DNA of 64,000 bases, taken from Okamejei kenojei (taxonomy: Eukaryota). The position numbers and the translations under genes are program-made. The stretch spans positions 149,730,001-149,794,000 of the forward strand of contig CM069131.1 of NCBI GenBank assembly GCA_035221665.1, given 5' to 3'. This document shows, piece after piece, positions 25,501-37,769 of this stretch. The notes below the pieces were generated by a model that was not told the DNA's origin, made no database searches, and saw only the letters and a list, made by a program, of their open reading frames with translations. Numbering within the stretch: position 1 is the first letter of the stretch; each line of letters opens with the position of its first letter.

Positions 25501-25926
25501 TTAAAACCACCCGTGTAGCAGTGGCAAACCTGCCTGCCAGAATGCTGGTCCCCACCAGTTAAAATGCAATCCGTCCCTTTTGTACAGTTCCCCCTTACTC
25601 CAAAACTGATCCCAGTGATCCAAGAATCTAAATCCCTGCCCCCTGCACCAGTTCCTCAGCCACACATTCAGGTCCCGTATTTCCCTGTTCCCGCTCTCGC
25701 CAGCACGAGGAACTGGAAGCAAACCGGAGATAACAACCCTGGAGGTCCTGCTTTTCAGCATTTTTCCGAGCTCTCTAAAGTCACGCTGCAGAATATTCAT
25801 CCCCCTCTTTCCGCCATTGTTTATGCCGACATGCACTACCACTTCCGGCTGTTCACCTTCTCCCTTGAGAATTTTCTGCACTCTGTGACATCCTGGATCC
25901 CGGCACCAGTCTTGGGGCGAGTGCAT
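25501..25926 (-). pseudogene. CR1 ORF1 SGNH/GDSL esterase domain (frameshifted)
   Basis: VVVHVG.N, VVISGLLPVP and DGLH.N motifs. Confidence 0.88.
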
Positions 25927-26048
25927 GTAAGACAGAGGACATTCAGCCAGAGGACATAGATTTAGGGTAGTAGGTAAAGAGATTTAAATGGGATTTGTGG
26001 GCGAGGCAAAACAGAAGTGTCCATTCAGGCACTTGAATTGAGAAGCCA

Positions 26049-26478
26049 AGGATTTATGAGGATGTTGCCAGGACTAGAGGGTGTGAGCTGTAGGGAGAGG
26101 TTGAGTAGGCTGAGATTCTATTCCTTGCAGCACAGGAGGATGAAGGGTGATCTTATAGAGGTGTATAAAATCATGAGAGGAATAGATTGGGTAGATGCAC
26201 AGTCTCTTGCCCAGAGTAGGTGAATAGAGGTCCACAAGACATAGGTTTAAGGTGAAGGGAAAAAGACTTAATAGGAATCCGAGGGTAAATTTTTCACACA
26301 AAGAGTAGTGGGTGTATGGAACAAGCTGCAAAAGGCCATAGTTGAGGCTGGGACTATCCCATCGTTTAAGAAACAATTAGTCAGGTACATGGATAGGACA
26401 GGTTTGGAGGGATATAGGCCAAATATGGGCAGGTGGGAGCTTGTAGCTTGGCTGGTGTGTGCAAGTTGGGCTGAAGGA
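26049..26478 (+). mobile_element. CR1 3' fragment within older CR1 debris (25930-26600)
   Basis: RMLPGLEG..RERL..GDLIEVYKIMRG and 3'UTR. Confidence 0.9.
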
Positions 26479-26683
26479 CCCGTGTCAACACTATATTGAA
26501 TGCCATAGGCCAAGCTCTGGAAGACAGGATTGACGAGGGCAGGTGCCTGCTGATCAGTGTGGACCTGGTGGGCTGATTGCCAGTTCTGGGGACACATTGT
26601 TCAAAAGGGAATGGGTAAAGTGGTGTGGAAATATTTTTTTATATTGGATGATGGGATAGAACAGATAAAAGTAAAAATCCCTT

Positions 26684-26777
26684 GATAGACCCAAAATGCT
26701 GGCGTAACAGCAGGACAGGCAACATATCTGGATTGAAGGAATGGGTGATGTTTCAGGTTGAGACCCTTCTTCAGACT
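26684..26777 (-). mobile_element. Penelope-type pLTR fragment
   Basis: Minus strand AGTCTGAAGAAGGGTCTCAACCTGAAACATC. Confidence 0.8.
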
Positions 26778-27997
26778 TCTCACCAATGTCTTGTACAACT
26801 GCAACATGACCGCCCAACTTCTATATGAGGCACAAGGTTATTCAACACCTCCTAAGATTCAATGAAGACAAATGGAATCTGTGATTTTCAATCAATTCAC
26901 CAGCTGTGAATGATTGTTTGAAAAACTTTCCTGTGCTCCCCACAGAAGTTCTTCCATTACCAAACAGAAACTACTGGATTCTGTTTCAGATGTTTCTTGA
27001 ATGCTTTTCTGTTGGGTAAATGTCCTAGCTAACAGTTAAGTTTCATATGATCGAATCTTCTGTGCTGAAATGCAACAACCCGCTATACACTTAGAAGAGC
27101 ACAAGGTACATGACTGGAGCTCTGGAAGATCGATTACAGCAAGCATGGAGCCAAAAGGGTTAAGTTATCTTGACCTTGTGAAACAATGCAATATGATTCT
27201 GCGCTACAGATTCCTTACTCGTGTCTCAATGGCTTAGATACTCAAGATCTTTTGATGTGTAATTAAGTGGTATATGCATGTCGATGATATTGGGAGGCTG
27301 GGAATAGGAAGAGTGTAGCTCTGTGTAAAACACGGTGATGCAGATTAGTTCCTTTGTTAGAAACACCCCTGTGGTTAATGAATATTAATAAACCTTTCAA
27401 AAAAAGAGACGAGTTCTTTATGCTGACAGACAAGATTTGTTGTGCTGTAGGATGAGAATGGGAATAACTTCAAACCAATGTTACTTACTTTTTATCAAGG
27501 ACTAAGTTTCCAAGCAGTATTTTGCTTGAGGGCCACTTCATTGAGTGCTCCAATGTGCTACACCATCAAGCGCTGCAACACAAATGCACCCATACTTCCT
27601 CAGAGAACAAGGCCTTGATTTCAGTCACATCACCATGGGCAGTTGCTGGGTGGTGTTGAGGCATTTTCCCATGGGAACAACAGAAATAAAAACCTCTGGC
27701 GATGAAGTTGCTTCCAAATTCTGAGCTCTAATATAAGTAAAGCACTATCACAAGATGTATGCATTCGGAAATAATTGTGCCTTCTAACAGTTGCTCTTGG
27801 AGGCCTAACTCGTAATGGGACAAATGATCCCAAACCAGGATTGACTAGGTTTATGGTGTTGTCGAAGCATCTAACCTATTCAAAGTGTTCATGGACAAAT
27901 TGCAAATCTTCCCAGGCCAACGATTGGCAATGATAGGCAACTTCAGGATTTCCTTTGCCATGAAAGTGTAGGCTGGAAAAAAAAAAAAAATCAAATA

Positions 27998-28270
27998 TCA
28001 TAGGGCATAGCTCTAAGGTGAGAAGGGAAAAGTTTGTGGGCATTAACTTTTCACACAGAGGGTGATGAGTGCCTGGAATGCGCTGCTAGGCCGGTGGTTG
28101 AAGCAGATACATTTGTGGCATTTAGAGACTTTTGGATAGGCACATGGATATGCAGGGAATGGAGATTTATGGGTTATGTGCAGGTAGATGTGATAGTCTT
28201 GGCATCATGTTCGGTACAGAAATTGTGGGCCAAAGGGCCTGTTTTTCTGCTGTGCTGTTCTATGTTCCAT
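27998..28270 (+). mobile_element. CR1 3' fragment
   Basis: RGHS.KV, FTQRV..WNAL remnant and 3'UTR. Confidence 0.8.
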
Positions 28271-28515
28271 GAAAATAACTCTCAACACAGGATTGCAGGC
28301 TGTGATGTCGTTTTTTATGGCGACAGTGTAAATTGGATGAGATTGGGCAGATTTCTCATTGCATGTTGATTTTCCTTCTTATGTGGACAGGTATTATTAC
28401 TTGTCCACATGGCGCAACAGTGTCATGGACGTAATAGTGTAATGGATGCTGAAGCATACAGCACGTTTGAGACCGTGAGCTCAGATCACCGAGTAGTGAC
28501 AATGCCAGTCAGTCT

Positions 28516-29024
28516 TAACCATATAACAATTACAGCACGGAAACAGGCCATCTCAGCCCTTCTAGTCCGTGCCGAACTCTTACTCTCACCTAGTCCCATC
28601 TACCTGCACTCAGACCATAACCCTACATTCCTTTCCCTTCCATATACCTATCCAATTCATTTTTAAATGATAAAATCGAACCTGCCTCCACCACTTTCAC
28701 TGGAAGCTCATTCCACACAGCTACCACTCTCTGAGTAAAGACGTTCCCCCTCATGTTACCCCTAAACATTTGTCCCTTAATTCTCAAATCATGTCCTCTT
28801 GTTTGAATCTTCCCTACTCTCAATGGAAAAAGCTTATCTACGTCAACTCTGTCTATCCCTCTCATAATTTTAAAGACCTCAATTAAGACCCCCTTAACCT
28901 TCTGCACTCCAAAGAATAAAGACCTAACTTGTTCAACCTTTCTCTATAACTTAGGTGCTGAAATCTAGTAAATTTCCTCTGTACTCTCTCTATTTTGTTG
29001 ATATCTTTCCTATAATTTGGCAGC
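28516..29024 (-). mobile_element. CR1/HER1 3' fragment (family of 22664-25086) inserted in the RTE
   Basis: Near-identical to 22670-23195. Confidence 0.95.
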
Positions 29025-29113
29025 CCAAGTCTACAGGCCCCAAGGAAAAAGTGGTCTGGAAGTTGTTTTCCTCTTGACCAGATCTATAAGCCCAATACAC
29101 AGTAGAGGTGGTG

Positions 29114-29243
29114 GGGTGGAAGATTGCAGCCTTCAAGTGGTCCGTCCTGTTTCAACTAATGCAATCAACTCGACGTGCACAAACGGAAGATCAAATAGAA
29201 CAAGTTGTCCAACAACTTTAGGCTGTGCACGCCACACGAAAGT
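29114..29243 (+). mobile_element. 130-bp 5'-truncated retroposon insert with 13-bp TSD
   Basis: AGTAGAGGTGGTG at 29101-29113 and 29244-29256; removal restores the RTE frame. Confidence 0.8.
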
Positions 29244-30676
29244 AGTAGAGGTGGTGAACCGCTTCCAGATGCTGGAGGAGGAGAAATGAGGAGGAGGAAG
29301 AGGAAAGGGGAGGAGCTGAGGCGAGGGAAAATGCTGCAGCTCGCTATGAACGGTTCATAGAGGACAACTCTGAAACAATGAAGAGTCTACCCAAAGTGAA
29401 GCGTGTGAGAAGTCGCAACTCCGAGCACCCAGAAGTTGTTGCAGCAGGGAAAGTAGTTGTTGAATGCCAAGAGGCGTACACTAGGAGCAGGGTGGAGCAG
29501 CTCAAGGGGGACCTGACTGACAGGCGGCCAAATCGCAACTGAGGTGTACGACAAACTGAAGGAGGAGGAGGTAGCGAGAATGATAGAGGGAGTAGAGGCA
29601 GCCAACAATGGAAAGAGGTATAGTGAGGCATGCAGGGTCGTGAACAAGATCAGTGGCAGGAAGAAGGCCAAGTCAGGTCAAGTCAACGGGAACTCTCCAG
29701 AGGACCGAATCAACACGTGGTTCACCCACTTCAAGAACCTGCTTGGGTCACCTCCGACTGTCACTGAGGAAGATGAGGAGATCGAGATTGTCCTCATGGA
29801 TGTACAGATTCACGACGGCCCCTTCACCATGGAGGAGCTGTGAAAAGTGAAGACCTCGCTAAAGCAAGGGACGAGTCCAGGCCCCGTCATCATAACCACC
29901 TGCTGGCCGTCCTAACCTTCATAGACTTCAAGAAGGAGTTTGACTCGATTCATCGATGCAAATTGATGAGGATTTTGATGGTGTATGGTATCCCTCCTCG
30001 TCTCCTGGGAGCCATTGTGGACATGCACTTGGGCACTACAGCCAAGGTTGTCACCCTGGATGGCGAGAGCAAAGTGTTCGAGATCCTCACATGGGTCTTC
30101 CAGGGAGACATGCTGGCAGCCTTTCTCTTCGTCATTGTCCTTGATTATGCCATGAAGGAGGCGCTCAAGGAACACGAGGACCTCGGCTTCACAATCACCC
30201 CAAGGCGTTCGAGAAGAATCGGGTCAGCCAACTTGTCAGACATCGACTTTGCTGATGACATCATGCTGCTGCCAGACTAGATTAGGGAGGCACAGGAGCT
30301 GCTCGGCAGGGTCGAGACGGTGGGCCTCCACCTCAATGCCAAGAAGACGGAGTACAAGGCGTTCAATGTTGGTGACCATGAGCCTCTCAAGACCAGTGGC
30401 GGTGCATCGCTCAAGAAAGTGGAGACTACAAGTACCTGGAAGCGAGGATGCAGAACTCGGAGAATGACATCAAGGTCCGGAAAGCGCTCGCATGGAAAGC
30501 CTTCAATAACATGGGGAACATCTGGACGTCTCGGATGTCTAAGGGTCTCAAACTGAGATTCTACCATGCAACTGTAGAGACCATATTATTGTACGGGTGC
30601 GAGGCATGGACCTCTCACTCGAGCACCGTCCACGTCTCTATGGTATCTACACCCAAATGCTCAGAAAAGTTCAAAA

Positions 30677-30827
30677 GAAGGGTCACGACCCGGAACCAGT
30701 CTGAAGAAGGGTCTCGACCCGAAACATCGCCTATTCCTTCTCTCCATAGATGTTGCCTCACCCGATGAGTTTCTCCAGCATTTTTATCTACCTTCGATTT
30801 TCCCAGCATCTGCAGTTCTTTCTTAAA
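30677..30827 (+). mobile_element. Penelope-type element with perfect 15-bp TSD and 1.5 tandem hammerhead motifs
   Basis: CAGAAAAGTTCAAAA at 30662-30676 and 30828-30842; CTGAAGAAGGGTCTCGACCCGAAACATC at 30701-30728. Confidence 0.92.
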
Positions 30828-32584
30828 CAGAAAAGTTCAAAATGTCAGTTAGAGGGGCAACATCACCAACGCCCAGCTCTATGGGGAGATTCCACCTCTG
30901 ACTGAGAAGATCAGGTGGAGAAGGATGAGACTCGCTGGTCACTGCTGTCGCCACCCAGAAATGCCAGCAAACAAGGTTGTGCTGTAGGAACGCATCCACG
31001 GAAGACGTGACCCGGGAAGGCCAATCAAGACGATGCTGAAAATGTTGATGGAAGACGCATGTGCAGAGACAAGGAGTTTGCCAGCTGCATGGAGGATAGA
31101 GATGTGTGGTGCGTCTGTTACCGTGCCCGTCGGAAACCAGCACCACTGCTTTGGTAATGTTTTCAACGATTTAACAATAATAATAATAAATAAATATTAT
31201 TAGTGTTGAAAATGTGACGTTGAAAAAGGTTGAGAATAGGCTAAATAATAATGATAGTTGTTTCAAGCCCCATGTAGAAGCATCCCATCGACAGGATAAT
31301 GCAGGGTCATGCTCAGCCTAATGCTGCCACTAGTAACTGCAGACTGGAGATTTACAGTAGGAGCAGTGCCATTCGTGGTGCTTCACTTATAAAAATGTAG
31401 CAGCAGATCTGTGGACATGATTCTGATGGGATTTGCTTGAGCCCAGATAGTAAAACATCGATAAACAGGCAACAAACCTAAACAATTGAAGAACCATTCA
31501 GGACTAACTTACAAGCTCAATCATTTGTTCATGGTTTTAAAGAAGCTGACATTGTAATACTTTTCACTTATTGTTAATACTTGTTTTTATTTTGCAAAAA
31601 TGTCACATTTCAAGTAGTCCCTCAAATCATAACAGTGAGATGACACTATAAATGGTTTAAAAATCCCCTGTCCTATAGAGTATTATACAAATCAATTACA
31701 CTGAGTTTTATTTCTATTTGTTCAAATTGTTTGAAGAAAATTTTAAATCATTCATGGGTTGTGTGGAAAATAAAAGAGTGGCTGAGAATGGAGAAAATAT
31801 TCTAGAGACAAGACAAAACCTCGGTACTGCATTTAGTATTTACTTGTGGGACGCGAGTGCAGAGCCAACTGATATTTTAAAACCTGAATATGTTGGGCAC
31901 TTTGCCAACAAAGGGGACCAGTGCAGCAAACAGAAATAACAATTCTGATCTGATACCGAGGACCTTGTGTTACAAGGCTGGTTACCTTGCAGGTTAAGGG
32001 CAGCGGGTTTTGATCAAACACAAGAGATGGATACATATTCTGCAATTTGTACATGATTAACTCTGGGGATCAGGAATTTTAAGCAGGAACCTGCCCCAAG
32101 AGACGGTTAGATAAGAGCAGGTTCACACCAGGTCGAGAAATAACATGGTCAAGGAAGGAACAGACTTAATGGCCTTTATACCTGATGTAAGCTCATTAGC
32201 CTTGCTCAACATCTTCTCTTCACATTTTTAGAGAGTGACGCTATTGCCCAGATTAAAGAAACTACCAGGACCAAAGCCTGATGTTGAATCTGTCACTGCA
32301 TAAAATAGCAGCAAAATATGATCAAAATTGGCACTTTATCATCCATGTGTCTTATCAGATCTCTTCTGGGTTGCCTGTTTTTATGTTCTATAAACCATTA
32401 AAAGTGGCAGGAGGATATATGTGAAAATAAAATCAAACAGTTTAATTTCCTCTTGCTGAAAAAGCTGTTTAATGAGCAAGCTGCGGTGTGCAGAATAAAG
32501 GAAAATGGTTGAAAATTGCAAGAGCCCAGACAAGTTACGTTTTCTGCCACACAAAGCAATGACGGATTCCAATGAGAGAAAATC

Positions 32585-33272
32585 TAGTTATCACTCCTTG
32601 ATATTCAATAGCATTACCAACACTTTCAATGTCTCAGGGGCTACCGTTGACCAGAAATTGAACTGAAGTAGCCAATGCGCGTGGCTGCAAGAACGTGTCC
32701 AAGGCTAGGAATTCAGCAGAGAGTAAATTTACTCCTAACTCGCCAAAGCCTGCCCACCATCTACAAGGTACAAGTCAGAAGTGTGATTAAATATTCTCTA
32801 CTTGCCTGGATGACTGCAGCTTCAACGACACTCAAGAAGCTCGCCCCCATCCAGGACATAGCAGACTGCTTGGTAGGCACCACATCCACGACCATTCACT
32901 CAGTCCACGAACAAACACACACAGTAAGAGGAATTTGTACCGTCTACAGAGTGCACTGTGGTAACTCAGCCTAGACTCCTTAGATGGCACCTTCCAAACC
33001 CACAACCTCTCCCAGATAGGACAAGGGCAGCATAAATATCGACACATCACCAGCTGGCTTTTGTCCTTCAAGCTGCACACCATCTTGACCACACCATTGC
33101 TGGGTCAAAACCTTGGAACTCCCTCCACGACAGCATAGTAGTTATACCCGCACCTCTTGGACTGCAGTGGATCAAATAGACAGCTCACCACCACCACCTT
33201 CTCACGGGCAACTAGGGATAGGCTATTAAATGCTCACTCAGCCGGCAAAGACCACATCCCTCGGACAAGTAT
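32585..33272 (+). mobile_element. Old CR1-group LINE 3' part
   Basis: ORF 32675-32974 TIYK.QVRSV..YS.LAW..AASTTLKKL; 3' end AAATGCT...CCACATCCC. Confidence 0.75.
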
Positions 33273-35700
33273 AACATCTAAGTAAAGGAAAAGGGCTTTG
33301 AAGATCACTGTTTTGACGTCCTAGGGGCCAGTCTATGATGATTAAGCAAGCACATAGCAGCCCACTTAATGTGCAGGAGGACCAATATGTATATTACACT
33401 ATTTGAAGCTGCTCAGAGCCAAAAGAAAGGTCCAAAACAAAATACTTCTTTGTAGTATATCAAGAGAGGTTGCAAAGAAGTTGGATACCAGGAACGAGCC
33501 CCTGGTCATTTTATCAGTTTGAATGCCATATACACCATGTTGCAACTGCACGTCACATATATATGTTATGTCAAAGATATCCAAGATGCTAGACTACTGA
33601 ATACCAACTTTCCCAGACTGTACACAGGCAAATGGGAAATCCTGGGGCATCTTCATCTGTACAGATGACTTGGGCCAAAGGACTTGTTCCTTGCTGCATT
33701 GCTCTATAGATCTATGACTCAAAGACTGATGCATTATATCAGTTTGTAAATATCAGTTTCTATTCTTAAAGCTGGGACATTCATTTTATAGTGTACACAG
33801 AGGAACAGTGACATTGAGGCACATCCGAGTAAAACGCAACCAGAATACAATGAGATACAATCAAGCTTTTGCTAAGAGCTCATAGTTTGTCTTCAGATTA
33901 AATCAAATGCATTAACTCTCATTCAATGGGGATAAACATTTGCATTCCAGGAAACAACTCTTGTTTGCCTCTCTAGGTTTAAGCTGGAACAAAGTAATTG
34001 ATTGTCTCTACAATAAACAGATCCTGGCCAAATGTGCATACTATGCATATTTTCGATTAAACAATGTCAGCCCCCTTTGAATTGTCACTTACAAAAAACG
34101 TCATTCTCTTGACTTATCTTTCAGAATTATAGACTGAGTTCTGCTGCAGCAAAACACCTGCTGGCTTACTTGCATAGTTAGATTAATGGAGGGTACTTGA
34201 TGGGAAAGGGGTTAATGCACTTTTTATTACGTGAGCAAGGCAGACCTAATAACTCAATGAGCAACAAAATTGAGAGTTAGCTAATGCAGAGCTGCCTCGT
34301 GAGTAGAATAAGAAAAGCAGATTAAGCAATTTTTCATCAAGTTTATGCAACATAAATATTTCAAGTTTTTGCACATTTAAAAAATATGTAAAGGAGAATA
34401 CATATATTTTGTGATGTTGCTATACAGCTTTGTTCCACAATTTACTCCAACACAAGTAGATTTTCAACTATTTTATACTGCTTTTTTTTTTCAGATCATA
34501 TCAGGACATGACATTTAACAGCTTTTATAAACATTTCTTCCTTCCGAGTACCTACAGGTGTATCCCACAACATACTTACCTGTAGTCATTTCAATGTGGA
34601 CAAGAATTTGAAAAGAAAGGTATAGTTATTTTCAAAATGTATTCCTCTATTTCCTTGTTTTTGTAATCCTCAATGTGTGTCATTGCTTAGGTCGATTAGA
34701 AACATCAATTTCCAAACAATCCAAAGATCAATGAACAACATGACTTAGCTATTTCCACCTCCGGAAAATCAGCAGAGATAAAAAACGAACTAGAATAAAA
34801 TAGGAGATAGGGATAAATCCTTTGTTTTACATTTGAGGGAGCAAAGTGAGATGGCAAGGCCCAAAGTGTGACTGATTATAAAGAATGGAAAGAGCTGGAG
34901 GAGAAGAGACTGGATCAACAGATGTGCTAACGTTTTGAGTTGATCCTGTGGGCTGCAAGGTAAAGGGAAGGTATCACTTCATGTCATAGTAAATCAAGCA
35001 CTTGAAATGCTCTGCAATAACACACCATTTTACAGCAGGGAAATTAAGAAAAGGGCATGTTACATGTTAAATGATATCACCCAAATCAGCCGCTTGAATC
35101 AGTTTTGAAATATGCTCTGAAGCATGATATAGGTCAAAGCCAATCTTATAATTAATTCTGCATTAATAAAACAATTAATATTTGCCCAGGAATATTTCCC
35201 CTTAATCAAATGTTGCAATAAATATATTGTTCCTTGCTGCATTGCTCTAGCGTCTGTGTGCTGCTAGCGTCTTTGTGGAGAGGTTTGCAGATTTGATCAG
35301 TGATTTTGACACAAACTACAGCTACATCGTCTCCAATTTTGGGAGGATTTTCCTTCCATGTTTTCCTATATAGTCGTTTTAATTTGCAAATGCAAATGCA
35401 AAACCGTCCAGAAATTATCATATTAGGAAAGGACTAAGAGAGGCGACATGATGCAGGACTTACATTAATAACAAAAAATAAGGATGGAAATCATAATGTT
35501 TAAATAATCATCTGTGAGTAATCTGATTTTAAACAGATAAAAATAACGTGAAAATTGTATGTAGAACCATTTGGTCATCATATTATTAAGCTAAGTATTC
35601 CTCCTTCTAATAACATCCCTTATTATTAAGAGGTTTCTCAACGGCTTCAAAACAAGTGCATTTAGCACGCATTCACAATCATTATTAATTCAATAGGATA

Positions 35701-37165
35701 CTAGACTAAGTGGGACCCGTTAGGTCCCATTGTCACACAGGAGACCTGCTCTCCCAATGCAATATTCCACCACTCACGCATTGGCCCCAACTGTGCAGGC
35801 GCGGAAAGTGGAAAAGGGAGTTATTAAAGCTTAAAACGTGAATATCTTTTAAAATATAACAACAATTTTAATGTTAAGGATGAGATTTATTCAGTCCATT
35901 CTTTCTTGTTGCTTCTCTTGTTGTGTTCTGCAACCCGGGGAGGGGGACAGGTTCAGGTGGGAGCTGTTGGGGGCCGGTGATGGGAACGTCCTGCAGCAGG
36001 GCGAGGGGCAGGGCTTCAGGCAGCGGGAGGGCGACACCTTCAGGCGGGGCCTGTCGGGGGCCAGTGGGGGAGCCCTGCTATGGCCTACTGCTGCCATGGC
36101 CCAATGGGGGTGGGGGAAGCATCCTGCAGCCAGGGGATGGGGACTGTAAGGATGCTTCCACCACCCCCATTGGGGACACATGGGGGCTCTCGGGGGCTGT
36201 AAGGGGAAGGGTGGTGGGGGGCTTTCTGGAGGGCTGGTACAGGTGTTGTGAGCCGAAGGAACTGGTTTCCAGGGGGCTGTTACGGATATTGTGGGCCAAA
36301 GGGACTTTTCTTGGGCTAGCACGTGTTGTGCGCTGGAGGGATGGGTTTCCAGAGGCCTAGTACAGACATTGAGGGCCAAATGGACTGCAGCTGGGGACAG
36401 CTTCAGGCGGGGGCCGGCAGGAACATTCTGTAGCCGGGGGAGGGGGACGGCTTCAGGCGGGGGCCGGCAAGCAGAGTCCTGCAGCCGGGGGAGGGGAGGG
36501 GGACGGCTTTAGGCGATGGCCGCTGCGGGGGGTGGGGGCCGGCAAGCAGAGTCCTGCAGCTGGGGACAGCAACGGCTTCAGGTGCGGGCCGTTGGGAGGG
36601 GGTGGGGGAAGCTTCCTGCAGCTGGGGGCAGCTTCCGGCGGGAGCCGGCATGGAGTGTCCTGCAGCCAGGGGAGGTGGGGCAGCGCTGCCATGGCCTACA
36701 GCTGCCGCTGCCTACCCCTGCCATTGCCTGACACTGCTGCTGCGGCCCACCGCTGTCATGGACTACCGCTGGCGTGACCTATTGCTGCCATGGCCAGCAG
36801 CTGCCGCTCCCCACCAGCTTCAAGTGAGGGCCAGTGGGGAGCATATGCAGCTGGGGATGGGGACGGCTTCAGGTGGGGGGGTGGGGGGGGGGGGGGGGGG
36901 AGGGAGCTTCAGGCGGGGACCGTTGGGGTGGGCTGGAGCATCCTGTAACAGGCGTCAGTGACGGCTGCAGGCGGGAAAATTAAAATAGAACAAGACTTAC
37001 CAGTGGAGACGTGATGAAGTGGGAAAAAAAAGATGGCGATCTACTGAATGTACTCTGGAAAGGCACCAACTGCGCAGGCGTGGCTAATGACCCGTCGATT
37101 GCCCTTTATGACACCAATAAAGACGCACACGGGAAACCTCCCCGTACTATGCATGTACCCCTGGA
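35701..37165 (-). mobile_element. Putative non-autonomous Helitron-like element with GC-rich internal repeats
   Basis: Minus strand ends in a TGGGACC/GGTCCCA hairpin, 6 nt, then CTAG|T; the other boundary is uncertain. Confidence 0.5.
35930..36975. repeat. Degenerate GC/G-rich tandem array (~50-bp units)
   Basis: Recurrent GCTTCAGGCGGGG and TCCTGCAGC(C/T)GGGG blocks. Confidence 0.85.
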
Positions 37166-37172
37166 ATTCAAT

Positions 37173-37697
37173 TGACAATAGACAATAAGTGCAGGAGTAG
37201 GCCATTCGGCCCTTCAAGCCGGCACCGCCATTCAATGTGATCATGGCTGATCATCCCCAATCAGTACCCCATTCCTGGCTTCTCCCCATATCCCCAGACT
37301 CCGCTATCTTTAAGAGCCCTATCTAGCTCTCTCTTGAAAGTATCCAGACAACCGGCCTCCACCACCCTCTGAGGTAGAGAATTCCAGGCTCACAACTCTC
37401 TGTGGGGAAAAAGGGTTTCCTCATCTCTGTTCTAAATGGCTTACCCCTTATTCTTAAACTGTGGCTCCTGGTTCTGGGCTCCCCCAACATCGGGAACATG
37501 TTTCCTGCCTCTAGCGTCTCCAAACCTTTAATAATCTTATATGTTTCAATAAGATCCCCTCTCATCCTTCTAATCTGGAGTGGCTGGGCGTGTATACTCA
37601 TCCAGAGTATACACGCCCAGCCACTCCATTCTCTCAGCATATGACAGTCCCGCCATCCCAGGAATTAACCTTGTAAACCTCCTCAATAGCAAGAATT
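37173..37697 (-). mobile_element. CR1 3' fragment containing a fold-back palindrome
   Basis: Same family as 14651-15330; GACAATA tail. Confidence 0.93.
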
Positions 37698-37769
37698 AGA
37701 TCTATCTACTTTCAAACATTCACCGTGTTTCCAGCGGATTGGAAAATATTACACTTGCTCAAAAAATGG

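Larger units (their letters stand above)
19013..25910 (-). mobile_element. Near full-length CR1 LINE (ORF1 esterase, endonuclease, RT), interrupted by a duplication and a second CR1
   Basis: ORF1 25501-25926; EN start LYMNARS (25280-25480), GITETW, GVIYRPP, MGDFN, SDHN (21464-22690); RT pieces to the 3'UTR and AGAAACAT tail. Confidence 0.93.
28390..31140 (+). mobile_element. RTE-clade LINE, degenerate ORF (EN C-terminus to end of RT), with three nested insertions
   Basis: SDHRVV; YTVEVVNRF; FIDFKK.FDSIHR, YGIP, QGD.LA.FLF.IVLDY, DFADDI, LNAKKT, KYL, LLYGCEAW. Confidence 0.9.

Noticed and set aside
34572-34582. ATACTTACCTG, identical to the 5' end of U1 snRNA
   Set aside because: Match stops after 11 nt with no U1 body; it is simply the complement of a consensus splice donor
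35871-36961. Many overlapping 70-160 aa ORFs
   Set aside because: Stop-poor GC-rich tandem repeat; low-complexity G/P/A translations in all frames
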